Positions 8,107-20,300 of a DNA stretch of 64,000 nt are shown here, one piece after another. Origin of the DNA: Longimicrobiales bacterium (lineage in GTDB: Bacteria; Gemmatimonadota; Gemmatimonadetes; Longimicrobiales; Gaopeijiaceae); NCBI GenBank assembly GCA_965202985.1, contig CBDBCF010000002.1, positions 576,001 to 640,000 of the forward strand, read 5' to 3'. The translations under genes were made by a program, and so were the position numbers. A model generated the notes under the pieces. The model was not told the origin of the DNA, made no database searches, and saw only the letters and a program-made list of their open reading frames with translations. Each line of letters begins with the position of its first letter. The first letter of the stretch is position 1.

Positions 8107-11100
8107 CTAGAAGTTGAAGTTGAGGCGAAGGGTCCAGTAGCGAACCGGCGGCTGGGTCAGGAACTCGGACACGCCGAAGTTGTCGCCCGAACCGTTCCAG
8201 TTGATCTCCGGGTCCATGCCGGTGTAGTTGGTCCACGTGCCCAAGTTGCGGCCCGTGAGCGTCAACGACGCGCCCGCCGCGCGCATCCGCTCGGCGAACT
8301 CCGTCGGCAGGTCGAAGCGCAGCGACACCTCGCGCAACTTCCAGAAGTCGCCCTTCTCCATGTAGCCCCACACGGTCTGGGATGGATGGAAGAGCGAAGC
8401 CACGGCGCGAGCCTGGTCGTCCACCGGCGTCGCCGGATCGACGAGCGCGCCGCACAACCGGAAGCGGCAACGGAACCGCTCGGTGTTGTTGTAGGCGATG
8501 TAGTTGCCCCGGTAGTCCAGAAGTCCGTACAGCCGGAGGTTTCTCATGATCCGAATGCTGGTCGAGATCGACAGCTGATTCTCCGGCTGGCCCGGCCCGA
8601 TGTACTCCAGGGTGTCGCCCACGACCAGCTCGTCGGGCGTGATGATGCCGTTGCCGTCGGCGTCGCTCCAGCTCTGGAGGGGACGGTCCCACTGCCCGCC
8701 CAGCGGGTAGCCGGGCACGAAGCGGGTCTGCGAGCCGATCGGCTCGGTGCCTTCGCCCAGCGAGACGAGTTCATTCTTGTTGATCGAGCCCGACAACGTC
8801 ACGTCCCAGACCAGGGCGTCGGTCTGGAGCAGCGTGCCGTTGATCGCGGCTTCCCACCCCTTGTTGGACACCTCGCCGATGTTGATCCAGCGGCTCGCGC
8901 TGGCGCCCAGGGACGGCGCCAAGGGCACCTGAATGAGCGCGCCGCTCGTGTTCTTGTTGTAGTACGTCACCTCCAGGGCGGTGCGGCCGCGGAACATCTC
9001 GACGTCGATGCCCGCCTCGAGCTCGCTGGACTCCTCGGGCTCGAGAAGGTTGTTGCCGATGTTGCCGATCGACACGCCCGATCCGGTCGCGTCGTCGGGC
9101 GTGGTGATGGCGTTGGCGGCCAGCGTGCGTATGGCGTCGTCCGAGCCCGGCTGCAGCCCCGACCGTCCCCACGCGGCGCGGATGCGCAACTGGTCCAGGA
9201 AATCGGCCCGCGGGAAGAAGTCCTCTTCCGACGCGATCCAGGAAAGACTGGCCTTCGGGTAGTAGATCAGGTCGAAGTCTTGGCCGAACGCGCTGTTGTC
9301 GTCGGCCCGGACGGCGCCGGTCACGAAGAGGCGGTCGTTCAGCCCGAACTGCTGGTCCACGAACAGCCCGGCGGTCTTCTCGAAGACATGGAACTCGCTG
9401 GAGAAGTTTTCGGCGGAGGCGCCGATCGACGACGCGCCGTTCACGATGTCGATGCCCCAGGCTTGCGTGCCGGTGTACTGGTTCTCGAAGTACTGCACGC
9501 CGACCGTGGACTTGGAGGTCAGGCCGGGCGCCAGCTCGAACGAGGCGGTGCCGCCGGCGTCCAGCGTGTACTGCCACTGGTTGGCGTAGTTGGAGTCCTT
9601 GCGACCGCGGTTGCTGTCGCCAGGCACGCCAATGTCCCGGGCGAAGAACGACACGTCCAGCCGGTTGTAGTAGTCGAGTCCGGCCGTGGAGCGGAGTTGA
9701 AGCCACTCGAAGGGATCGTAGGTGGCCGTGCCGCCGGCGGTGATGCGCTGCGTGTCCTGGTAGAAGGTGCGGCCGAAGAGCTGCGCGGGCCGCTGGAAAC
9801 CCCAGGCGCGGTCGGGGTTGGAGCCGCCGAAGAACGCGCTGGGAAGGAAGCCGAACGAGTTGTTGTCGTTGCCGATCATGGCGAAGTGGCTGTCCAGATA
9901 GGACGTGCGCACGGCCAGCGAGACCCGGTCCGACAGCTGGCTGTTCAAGTTGACGCGCAGGTTCTTGCGCCTCAGCTGGTTGGGGCGCTCCACTTCGCTG
10001 ATGATCGGCACGCCCCGCTCTTCCAGGTCCTCTCGGTCGGCTTGCGGCAGCGTGTAGGGACCCGTCTCGCCCTCGAGTTCGCCGGCCACGTAGTAGCTGA
10101 CCCGCTCGTTGCCGCCAGACACCGAAAGTCCATACTGCGCGCGGTTGCCGTCGTCGATCGGAGAGAGGTCGGGATCGTGCAGCACTTGGTACGACTCGAT
10201 CGACGTCTGGTTGCACAGCCCCGAGGCGACTTCGTTGAGCCGGCAGGCCCGCGCATAGCGTCCGCCGGCCGCGTCCAGGCCCGCGTAGTTGAGCGGGTAC
10301 GTGTTGGGCTCTTGGATCAAGCCGGTCTCGACCCAGGCGTTCCAGCGCGTTTCGCCGGGGCGTCCGCGCTTGGTGGTGATGCGGATGACGCCGTTGGCCG
10401 CTTCGGTGCCGTACAGCGTGGCCGCCGACGGACCCTTGATGATCTCGATCGACTCGATGTCCTCGGGGTTGAAGTCGTCCAGTCTTGAAGACTCCTGACC
10501 GCCCGTGTAGATGCCGCCGCCGCGGCTGCGGCCGTCCACGCGGATGCCGTCCACGTACAGAAGCGGCTCGTTGGACAGCGAGATCGAGCTGGAGCCCCGG
10601 ATGCGGATGCGGGACCCGACGCCCGAGGTGCCGGCCGAATTGAGGACCTGGACGCCAGCGGACCGGCCTTGGATCAGGTCGGCCATGTTGTTGACCGCGG
10701 CCTCTTCCATGATCTCGACCGCCTGAAGGTCGCCGACCGAGTTGCCCAGCTCGCGCTTCCGCTGCTCGCCCGTCGCCGTGACGACGATCTCGTCGAGCTG
10801 AAGCGCCGACGGGGACAGCAGAAAGTCGACTTCCGCCGTGCCGCCGGGCTGGGCGGTGAACTCTTGGCTCTCGGGGCCGTATCCGATGAAGACGGCCCGC
10901 AGGGCGTGAGTTCCCGGGGGAACGTTGAGGATCACGAAGCGGCCGGCGGCCGACGTGATGCCTCCGAAGTTGGTGCCCTCGATGAGCACCTGGGCGCCTG
11001 CGAGCGGCGCCTGGGTCGCGGCGTCGCGGACTTCGCCGGTCACGGTGGCGCGCTCTTGCGCAACCGCCGCGACGGGAACCGCGAGTGCGAGCGTCAGCAC

Positions 11101-11145
11101 GGCCGCGAGACCCGTGCCGGCGCTCTTCGAACGGACAACGTTCAT
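8107..11145 (-). CDS. susC: SusC/RagA-family TonB-dependent outer-membrane transporter
   Basis: ATG 11145 with GGAGG RBS; signal peptide; CarboxypepD_reg-like domain; IRIRGSSS..NEPLLYVDG; DIESIEIIKGPSAATLYGTEAANGVIRITTK; C-terminal Phe. Confidence 0.95.
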   Translation of the reverse strand: MNVVRSKSAGTGLAAVLTLALAVPVAAVAQERATVTGEVRDAATQAPLAGAQVLIEGTNFGGITSAAGRFVILNVPPGTHALRAVFIGYGPESQEFTAQPGGTAEVDFLLSPSALQLDEIVVTATGEQRKRELGNSVGDLQAVEIMEEAAVNNMADLIQGRSAGVQVLNSAGTSGVGSRIRIRGSSSISLSNEPLLYVDGIRVDGRSRGGGIYTGGQESSRLDDFNPEDIESIEIIKGPSAATLYGTEAANGVIRITTKRGRPGETRWNAWVETGLIQEPNTYPLNYAGLDAAGGRYARACRLNEVASGLCNQTSIESYQVLHDPDLSPIDDGNRAQYGLSVSGGNERVSYYVAGELEGETGPYTLPQADREDLEERGVPIISEVERPNQLRRKNLRVNLNSQLSDRVSLAVRTSYLDSHFAMIGNDNNSFGFLPSAFFGGSNPDRAWGFQRPAQLFGRTFYQDTQRITAGGTATYDPFEWLQLRSTAGLDYYNRLDVSFFARDIGVPGDSNRGRKDSNYANQWQYTLDAGGTASFELAPGLTSKSTVGVQYFENQYTGTQAWGIDIVNGASSIGASAENFSSEFHVFEKTAGLFVDQQFGLNDRLFVTGAVRADDNSAFGQDFDLIYYPKASLSWIASEEDFFPRADFLDQLRIRAAWGRSGLQPGSDDAIRTLAANAITTPDDATGSGVSIGNIGNNLLEPEESSELEAGIDVEMFRGRTALEVTYYNKNTSGALIQVPLAPSLGASASRWINIGEVSNKGWEAAINGTLLQTDALVWDVTLSGSINKNELVSLGEGTEPIGSQTRFVPGYPLGGQWDRPLQSWSDADGNGIITPDELVVGDTLEYIGPGQPENQLSISTSIRIMRNLRLYGLLDYRGNYIAYNNTERFRCRFRLCGALVDPATPVDDQARAVASLFHPSQTVWGYMEKGDFWKLREVSLRFDLPTEFAERMRAAGASLTLTGRNLGTWTNYTGMDPEINWNGSGDNFGVSEFLTQPPVRYWTLRLNFNF

Positions 11146-11306
11146 ACTTTGCCCTCCTTGCTTGGGGCTGCCCCGTCGTTGGGGCGTCGGGGGAAAGTCG
11201 CGTCGGGCGGCGGGGAGCGCGGGAGTCCCACGCAACCATGGTCCCGCCCGGAAGCGCGATGTTTCCGTGAACCGAAAAGCTAGCGCTTGGCAGGCGGGAT
11301 CGCACT

Positions 11307-11344
11307 TCCCCGGCGCAGCGCGGGACAACGCACCGGGCCGGGGA
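11307..11344 (-). terminator. Stem-loop 3' of giant adhesin 1 (homologous to 41217-41254)
   Basis: Minus strand TCCCCGGCCCGGTGCG-TTGTCC-CGCGCTGCGCCGGGGA; stem includes G-U pairs and one mismatch. Confidence 0.55.
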
Positions 11345-11358
11345 CGCGCGAACCCTGT

Positions 11359-14300
11359 TTAGAAGACGATCCTGCCCGAGAGGCCGATGCGGCGCTCCGG
11401 GGGCTGGACGCCGCTGGCGATGTGCTCGCCGAACAGGTCCATCATCAAGCGCAGGCCGGGGGCCGCGGGCTCCTGGCCCGTGGTCTCGCCGCCCAGCAGC
11501 GACCAGCGCGTCCCCACGTTCACCCGATGGCCCGTCGGTCCCTCGCGGCTCCACCGTCCGAACGGCTTGACCTGGGCGCCGCCGGCCAGCATCACGCCGT
11601 AGCCGACCTCCATCGCCAAACGGTCGGGCGCCCAGCCCGGCGCGCCGGTGGCCGACGGCAGCACGCCGGCGCCTGCCGGGAGGCCCGGGCCGGGCGACGC
11701 GCCGGCGGCCGGGTCGCCGTGGGTTGCCGACACGCCCTGGGCTGACGGGTCGCTCGGGCTCTGAGCCAGTCCCGTGCCTGCCGGGAGGTTCGCGCCGACC
11801 GGCCGCGCCGCACCGCCCGGCGCGCCGAAGCCGCCCGCGCCCGCGGTCCGCCACACGTCGGCGCCGCCCTGCCACAGCGCCCGCGCGCCGCGCCCAGCGT
11901 CGCCCCACGTCGGCTCGACCGAGAACGACAGCCCGCCCTCGCTCTCGCCGCCCCCGCCCGGCTGCAACCTCAGCGAGAACCCCGCGCCCCAGTCCTTGAA
12001 GTCGCGCTCCTGGTGCACCAGCAGCGCGCGGCCGCGCGCCGTCATGCTGAACCCGCTGGCCTGGTGCGCCAACCCCACCTCGGCGCCCGCCTCCGCGCCC
12101 ATACCCGTCTCCGCGTCGCCCCCGTCGAAGCGACCGCCCACCTCGAGCCGCGTCCGCATCGCCAGCCCGCCGCCCAGCGACCACTGGCCGCCGATCTCCG
12201 GCGCCAGTCGCACGCGCTGCGCGTCCGCCGTCACGCCCGCCAGCCCCGCCACTTCGTCCGACAAGATGCGCACCGCGAAAGCGTCCGCCTTCAGCGCCAA
12301 CCCGCCGGTCAGCTCCTGACGCACGCCCAGCGCGCCCATGCGCATCTCCAAGTCGGTGTCGAAACGGCCGCCCGCCGACTCCTCGAGCGTCGCGTCGCCC
12401 CGGCCCGCGCCCGCCAAGCCCCACACGCCGAACCCGCCGCCGGACGACCAGTGCAGGTAGGGGTACAGGCTGGTCAGGCGAGCGGCGACCGAGCCCGCGC
12501 CGTTGACGTCGCTGTCGAAGCCGGCCTCCATGTCGCTGCGCGAGCCCGCAAGGCCCATGAGGAACCCGGAGCCGAACCGGTAGTCCAGCCCCAGGTAGGC
12601 GGAGCGCGTGCGGCCGTCCATGGCGAAGCCGTCTCGGGGACGACCCTCGAACTCGCCCAGGTTCGCCTGGCCCCACACCGTCCAGCCCGACCGGACAGCA
12701 GCCTGCGAAGAGGCGGAAGCGCCCGACGCTTCGCCGGCCGCCGCGCCGTTCTGGCCGCCGAACGCCAGCTGGAACGAGCTCTGCGAGCGCAGGCCACGGG
12801 CGTCGACGGGGTTGAACGTCAGGCCGCCCCGGTCGGCGCGCCCGGCTTCGGGTTGCTGACGGCCCTGGTAGGCGCCGCCCATGCCGCCCATGCCGCCTGC
12901 TGTCGGTTGACCGAATGCACCGCCCCGGCCGTCGCCGAAGAACAGCGCGGCCAAGTCGACGGTTCCGCCGGCCGCTTCGGCCGAGCCGGGGTGCGTGATC
13001 TGCAACCCCAGCAGGCCCGTCGCGCCCCGCACCAGCGACTCGAGGCCGCAGTGGCCCGAGCCGCCGATGCCAGCGGCACCGCTGTCGTCGCCGCCTTCGG
13101 CATGGCCCTCGCCGGCGTCGGCCTGTTCGTGCACCGCGTTCGCAGCGTCGCCGTCGGTCCGGCCGTCCGCCGAAGCCGCAACGCCGCCGTCGGTTTGGTC
13201 ACGCGCCGCGCTCGCAACGCCGGGGACGCCGCCGCCGAAGCCGCCCGACACGGCGCCCGGCGCGCCGCACGCCAGCGAGCGCCCGCCGAGCTGCACGTGC
13301 GACCGGCCCAGCGCGCCCGACGACCCCAGCCCCAACCGCCCGCCGATCGCATCCACCGTCTCCGTGCCCAGCGACCTGCCGAACGCCGCCAGCGTCAGCT
13401 CCAACGCACGCGCACGCTCCGACCGCGACGCCTCCACCGTCACGCGCACCTGCTGCCGAGCCGACAACCCGCCCGGATCGCTCGCCCGTACCGTCACCAC
13501 TGCCTCGCCGATCGCCTGCGGCGCGATCGACAACCGCCCCGCGCCCGTCACCGTCACAGCCGCCACGGCCGGCGCCGACGACTCGACCGCGTACGTCAGC
13601 GCGTCGCCGTCCGGGTCCCGGAAGTACTGACCCAACTCCTCTTCCACAGCGTCGCCGTACGCCTCGAGCGTCTTCGGCGACATCGCGCCCACCGCCTCCG
13701 GACCCTCGTTCACGTCCAGCAGCGTCACCGACACGCCCGCCTCGGCCGTCAGACCACCCGTGTCCGTCGCCCGCACCGTCAGCGCGAACGTCGGCGGGCC
13801 TTGCTCGTAGTCCTCGCCGCTCCCCACGTACCGCACCTCGCCCGTCCGAGCGTCCACCTCGAACCGCGCACCGTCGCCTTCGGCTAGGGCTAGGCTGTAC
13901 GCAGGCGCGTCGCCGCGGTCCGGGTCGGTCGCTTCGACCGCGCCCAGCGTCAGCGGCCCAGCGGCGTTCTCCGCCAACTCGAAAGCGTATGCCGAGTCCG
14001 AGAACGCCGGCGCCTCGTTCACGTCCAGCAGCGCGACCGTCGCAACCGCGCGCGCCGCCAGCCCCTCGCCGTCGGTCGCCACCACCTCGAACTCCCAGGA
14101 CGCCGGGCCCGTCTCGTAGTCCTCGCCCGCGCCCGCGTACCGCACCTCGCCCGTCGCAGCGTCCACCTCGAAGAGCGCCGCGCCTTCGCCTGACAAGCTG
14201 TACACGAGCGTGTCCGCTCGGTCCGGGTCCGCCGCCTCGACCGCGCCCAGAACCAACGGGCCGGCCACGTTCTCCTCGAACTCCCATTCGTAGCGCTCCG

Positions 14301-17300
14301 CAGCGAACACGGGCGCCTCGTTGCGGTCCAGCAGCGCCACCACCACCCGCGCAGACGCCGCGACGCCGCCCCTGTCCGTCGCACGGACCTCGAGCTGCCA
14401 GCTCTCCGGGTCCGTCTCCGCATCCTCGCCTGCGCCCACGTACCGCACCTCGCCCGTAACGGCGTCCACCTCGAACCGCTCGGCATCGCCTTCGGCCAAG
14501 CTGTACACAGGCGGGTCGTCCCGGTCCGGGTCCGTCGCCCGCACCGCGCCCAGCACCAACGGTCCCGCAGCGTTCTCCGCCAGCTCGAACGCATATGCGG
14601 AGTCCGCGAACGACGGCGGCTCGTTCACGTCCGCAACCACCACCGTCGCCGTCGTCCGCGCCGTACGGCCCAGCAAGTCCGTCGCCGTCGCCTCCAACAC
14701 CCACGGCCCCGCGCCGGCCTCGTAGTCCTCGCCACCGCCAACGTACCGCAACTCGCCCGTCTCCCCGTCCAGCTCGAACCGCTCGGCGTCGCCCGCCACC
14801 AGCGCGTACGTCAGCGTGTCGCCCTCGTCCGGGTCCACCGCCTCCAGCACCCCCAGAACCAGCGGACCCGCAGCGTCCTCCGCCAGCTCGAACGCCCAAC
14901 CGTCCTCGACGAACGACGGCGCCTCGTCGTTCTCGTTCACGACCTTCACCGTCACTTTCGCCACCGTCTCGAGCTGCTCGTCCTCGCCAACGCCATCCGT
15001 CACCGCCACCACCAGCATCACGTACTCCGAACGCTGCTCCGCGTCCTCGCCTCCGCCAACGTAAGTCACCACGCCGCTACCCACGTCCACCTCGAACAGC
15101 CCTTCCCCACCGCTCTCCAACCCGTAGCGCATCTCGGCGCCCAACGGACTCGTCGCAACCACCTCGCCCACCGGCAGCGGGCCCGCAACGTTCTCCGCCA
15201 ACTCGAACTCGTACTCCAACCGACCGAACACCGGGTCCAGGCTGCCCGCGCCGTTCACCGCGTGGTCCACCAAGTCCGTCACCGCATGCGCGCCCAGGTC
15301 CAGCGCCACGAGCGTCGTCCCGCCCGCGATCCGCAACGCGCCCGCCGACTCGGCCAGCGCGTCCGTCGGGATGCTGATCCCGTCCGGGTCCCGGTCCGCA
15401 GGCCGGACCACGTACTCGAACGCCAGCACCGCAGTGCCCGAACCCGACACGTAGCGCGCATGGCGCGTCGTCCCGCCCACGTCGAGCGCCAGCCGCGCCG
15501 CAGCCGTGTTCGCAGCCGTCGCGGCCGACATCGACGCCGCCAGCGCCGGCGACGACGACGCGCCCGCCACATCGACCGGCCGGCTGAACGTCACCTCGAC
15601 ACGGATCACGCCGCCCGCGCCGTACAGTCCCGTCGCCACAGGCTCGCTCGTCACCGCCACACCGACCACCACCGGCGCGACCTCGATCGTCCCGTCCACC
15701 TTGTCGTTCGCCGCAGCCGCGATCACATGGGCGCTCAGCGCCAGCGTCGCCGGACGAACGCCGTCCGCCGTGTTCACGATCGTACCGCCGTTCAGCGTCA
15801 GCGCAGCAGCCGCAACGCCGACGCCGTCCGCGTCCGCGTCCACGCCGCCCGTACCGCTGCCGCCGCTCCCCGCGCCACGAACCCGGTACGCGAACGACAA
15901 AGTCGCCGTGCCGCTGCCGCCCGCGTAGCTCGCCTGACGCGCAACCGTCCCCACCGTCAGCGCCAGCTCGGGCGACCCCGTCACCGTCACCGCACGGTCG
16001 AACGTCACCTGAACCTCGATCCGCTCGCCCAGGCCGTACGTGTCGGCGCTGTCCGGCGTGCTCGACACCGCAACGCCGCTCACCGACGCGCCCGCCAGCG
16101 TACCGTCCACCTTGTGACCAGCAGCCGCGCTCAACGCATGGCTGCCCAACCCCAACACCGCCGCAGTCGAGCCGTCCCGAGCATCCGCGATCGCGCCGCT
16201 GTTCAGTGCCAACGCGCTCGCGCCGATGCTGATCCCGTCGGTGTCCGCGTCCGCAGCCACCACCGTGTAGCGGAACGTCAGCGCCCGCGTGCCCGTCCCG
16301 CTCACGTAGTCCGCCTGCCGCGTCTGCGCGCCCACCGTCAGCGCCACCCGAGGCGTGCCCGTCACCGTCACCCGACGGTTGAACGTCACCTGCACCTCGA
16401 TCCGCTCGTCGCGACCATATGTCGTCGCCACCGCAGGCGAACTGATCAGCGCCACGCCAGACACCGACGCCGCCGTGAACGTAACGCCCGCAACCTTGTG
16501 GCCATCGCTGTTCAAGACCGCGTGCGTGCCCAGCCCCAGAACCGCGTCCACCGTGCCGCCCGCCACGTCGATCGTACCGCCGTTCAGCGCCAGCGCGCTC
16601 GCCGCGATGCTGATGCCGTCCGCGTCCGCGTCCGCAGTCACCACCACGTACCGGAACACCAACGACGCCGTGCCCGTGCCCGAAGCGTACGACGCCTGCT
16701 TCGTCGTGCTGCCGATCCCCAACGCCAGCTGCGGCGTGCCCGTCACGTCCACCGCCTTGTTGAACACCACCGTCGCAACCACCGTGTCGCCTCGCTCGAA
16801 CGTGTCGCCCACCACGGGCGACGCGATCGACACGCCGCTCACCCCCGGCGGGCCCTGAGTGCCGTCCACCCGATGGCTGCCCGCGTTCGATATCGCGTGG
16901 CTGCCCAGTCCGAGGCTCGCAGCCTCGCTCGTGTCCCGTGCGTCCACGATCGTTCCGCCGTTCAGCCCCAAAGCGCCCGCGCCGATGCTCAACCCGTTCC
17001 CGTCCGCATCCGCTGCAACCACCGTGTAGGCGAACGACAGCACGCGGCCGCCCGTCGTCGTCGCGTACGACGCCTGTCGCGTCTGCGTACCGATCGTCAG
17101 CGCCAGCTCGGGCGAGCCCGTCACCGTCACGTTGCGGTCGAACGTCACCTCCACCTCGATCTCCTCGCTCAACCCGTACGTGCCCCCGCCCGCCGGACTG
17201 CTCGAAATCGTTACGCCCGACACCGACGACGCCGTGAACGTGCCGCCAGCTACGCGCAGTGCGCCGTCGTTGCCGATCGCATGATGCGCCAGGCTCAGCA

Positions 17301-20300
17301 ATGCGTCCGTCGTACCCCCCGCCACGTCGATCGTACCGCTGTTCAGCGCCAACGCGCTCGCGCCCACGCTCAACCCGTCCGCGTCCGCGTCCGCAGTCAC
17401 CACCACGTACCGGAACACCAACGCCGCCGTGCCCGTCCCCGACGCATACGCCGCCTGCCGCGTCTGCCCGCCGATCCCCAGCGCCAGCTGCGGCGTGCCC
17501 GTCACGTCCACCGCCTTGTTGAACGTCACCGTCGCAACCACCGTGTCGCCACGCTCGAACGTGCCGCCCGGCGGCGGCGCCACCGTCAGGCCCGTCACGC
17601 CCGGCGGACCCAGCCCGCCGTTCACCTTGTGCGAAACGTCGTTCGTCACCGCGCTCGAACCCAAGTCCAGCGACGCGGCAGCAGCGCCCGGACGCACGTC
17701 GGCGATCGCGCCGCCGTTCAACGTCAGCGCGCTCGCGCCGACGCTGAGCCCGTCCGCGTCCGCGTCCGAAGGACGAACCGCGTACCCGAACACCAGCGTG
17801 TCCGCCTTGCTCGTCGCCGACTCGTAGCCCGCCTGCCGCGTCTGCGTCCCGATCGTCAGCGCCAGCCGCGGCGAACCCGTCACCGCCACCGGGCGGCCGA
17901 ACGCCACCTTCACCTCGATCGACTCGCCCAGCTGGTACGTCTGACCGCTCGCCGGAACGCTCGATATCGTCACCGCGCTCGGCGCCGGCGTCGTGAACGT
18001 GCCGCCCGCAACCTTGTGGCCGCCGCTGTTCGTCACCGCGCTCGAACCCAGCCCCAGCGTCGCGTCCAGCGTCCCGCCCGCAACCTTGATCGTACCGCCG
18101 CTCAGCGCCAATGCGCTCGACCCGATGCTGATGCCGTCGGAGTCCGCGTCGCCCGCCGCCACCACGTAACGGAACACCAGCGAGTCCGTCCCCGTCCCGC
18201 TCGCGTACGCCGCCTGCCTAGTCGCGCTCCCGATCGTCAGCGCCAACCGCGGCTCGCCCGTCACGTCCACCGACCGGTTGAACACCAGCGACACCTCGAT
18301 CGTCTCGCCACGCTCGAACACGTCGCCCACCACGGGAGAACCGATCGTCAGCGACGTCACCCCCGGCGGCCCGCGGCTGCCGTCCACCTTGTGCGCAGCC
18401 GCGTTCGATATCGCGTTGCTCCCCAGACCCAGGCTCGCCACCGTCGTGCCGCCCCGAGCGTCGTTGATCGTGCCGCCGTTCAGCGCCAACGCGGTCGCCG
18501 CGATACCGATCCCCGTCGAGTCCGCGTCCGTCGCAACCACCGTGTAGCGGAACGCCAGCGTCGCCGTCCCGCTCCCGCTCGCGTACGACGCCTGACGCGT
18601 CTGCGAACCGATCGTCAGCGCCAACTGCGGCCTGCCCGTCACCGTCACCGGACGCGTGAACCCAACCTCGACCTCGATCACCTCCGTACGTCCGTACGTG
18701 CTGTCGCTCGACGGCGCGCTCGTGATCGCCACGCCGCTCACCGCAGATGCCGTGAACGTGCCGCCCGCAACCTTGTGGCCCGTGCTGCGGATCACCGCGT
18801 GGCTGCCCAGCCCCAGCACCGCGTCCGTCGTCGCGCCCGACCGACGAATCGTACCACCGTTCAGCCGCAAATCGGACGCGCCGATGCCCAACCCGTCCGC
18901 ATCCGCGTCCGCAGCCACCACCACGTACCGGAACACCAGCGTGTCCGTCCCCGTCCCGCTCGCGTAGTCCGCCTGCTTCGAGCCGCTCGAGAACCGCAGC
19001 TGCAGCTGCGGCGTCCCCGTCACCGCCACCGACTTGTTGAACACCACCTCGACCTCGATCGTCTCGCCGCGCTCGAACGTGTCGCCAACCTGAGGCGAAC
19101 CGATCGACAACCCCGTCACCCCCGGCGGTCCCAGGCTGCCGTCCACTTTGTGCGCAGCCGCGTTCGACACCGCGCTCGATCCCAGCCCCAGGCTCGCCGC
19201 CGTCGTGCCGTCCCGAGCATCGTTGATCGTGCCGCTGTTCAACGCCAACGCGCTCGTCCCGATGCCGATGCCGTTCGCGTCCGCGTCCCCCGCCACCACC
19301 TCGTACCCGAACGTCAGCGTCTTCGTGCCCGTACCGCTCGCGTACTCAGCCTGCCGCGTCGCAGCCCCCACCGTCAGCGCCACCTGCGGTGCGCCCGTCA
19401 CGTTCACCGGCCGCACGAACGTCACCTCGACCTCGATCTCCTCGCCCAGGCCGTACGTGTCCCCGCTCGACGGACTGCTCGATATCGCCACACCGCTCAC
19501 CGACGACGCCGTGAACGTCCCGCCCGCAACCTTGTGGCTCCCGCTGTTCGATATCGCGTGCGTCCCCAGCCCCAACGTCGCGTCCAGCGTCCCGCCCGAC
19601 AAACGGATCGTCCCGCTGTTCAACGCCAAAGCGCTCGTCCCGATGCTCAACCCGTCCGCGTCCACGTCCGCCTGCACCACCGTGTACTGGAACACCAACG
19701 ACGCCGTGCCGCTCCCGCTCGCGTAGCTCGCCTGCCGCGTCTGCGTACCGATCCCCAAAGCCAACTGCGGCGTGCCCGTCACGGCCACCGGCCGGTTGAA
19801 CGTCACCGTCGCCGCAACCGCGTCGCCCCGCTCGAACGTGTCGCCCACGGGCGGCGACCCGACGACCACGCCGATCACACCCGGCGGACCCTGCGCACCG
19901 TCCACCTTGTGCGCAGCAGCGTTCGATATCGCGTTCGAACCCAAGCCCAGCCCCGCAGCCTCGCTCGCGTCACGTGCGTCGGCGATCGTGCCGCCGTTCA
20001 GCGCCAACGCGCTCGTCCCGATGCTGAGCCCGTTCGCGTCCGCGTCCGCAGCCACAACCGTGTACTGGAACGTCAGCGTCTTCGTGCCGCTCCCGCTCGC
20101 ATACGCAGCCTGGCGCGTCTGGCTGCCGATCCCCAAAGCCAGTTGCGGCGCACCCGTCACCGCCACGTTGCGATCGAACGTCACCTCCACCCCGATCGCC
20201 TCCGTCCGACCATACGTGCTGTCGCTCGCCGGACTGCTCGAGATCGACACCCCCGACACCGACGACGCCGTGAACAACCCGCCGTTCACCACCAGAAAGT

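Noticed and set aside
5973..11295. 9-bp inverted repeat GCCTGCCAA (5973-5981) / TTGGCAGGC (11287-11295) flanking plug-susD-susC as an invertible segment
   Set aside because: Too short, found post hoc, no recombinase nearby, and the right copy belongs to the adhesin 3' flank.
8771..12676. 1301-aa minus-strand ORF and the many other long overlapping Arg/Gly/Pro-rich ORFs
   Set aside because: Alternative-frame artefacts of high GC overlapping well-supported genes.
13882..13893. 6-bp duplication GGCTAG x2 (extra LA in adhesin 1) and CCTAGT x2 near 56119 as IS footprints
   Set aside because: Simple slippage explains them; no IS ends were seen.
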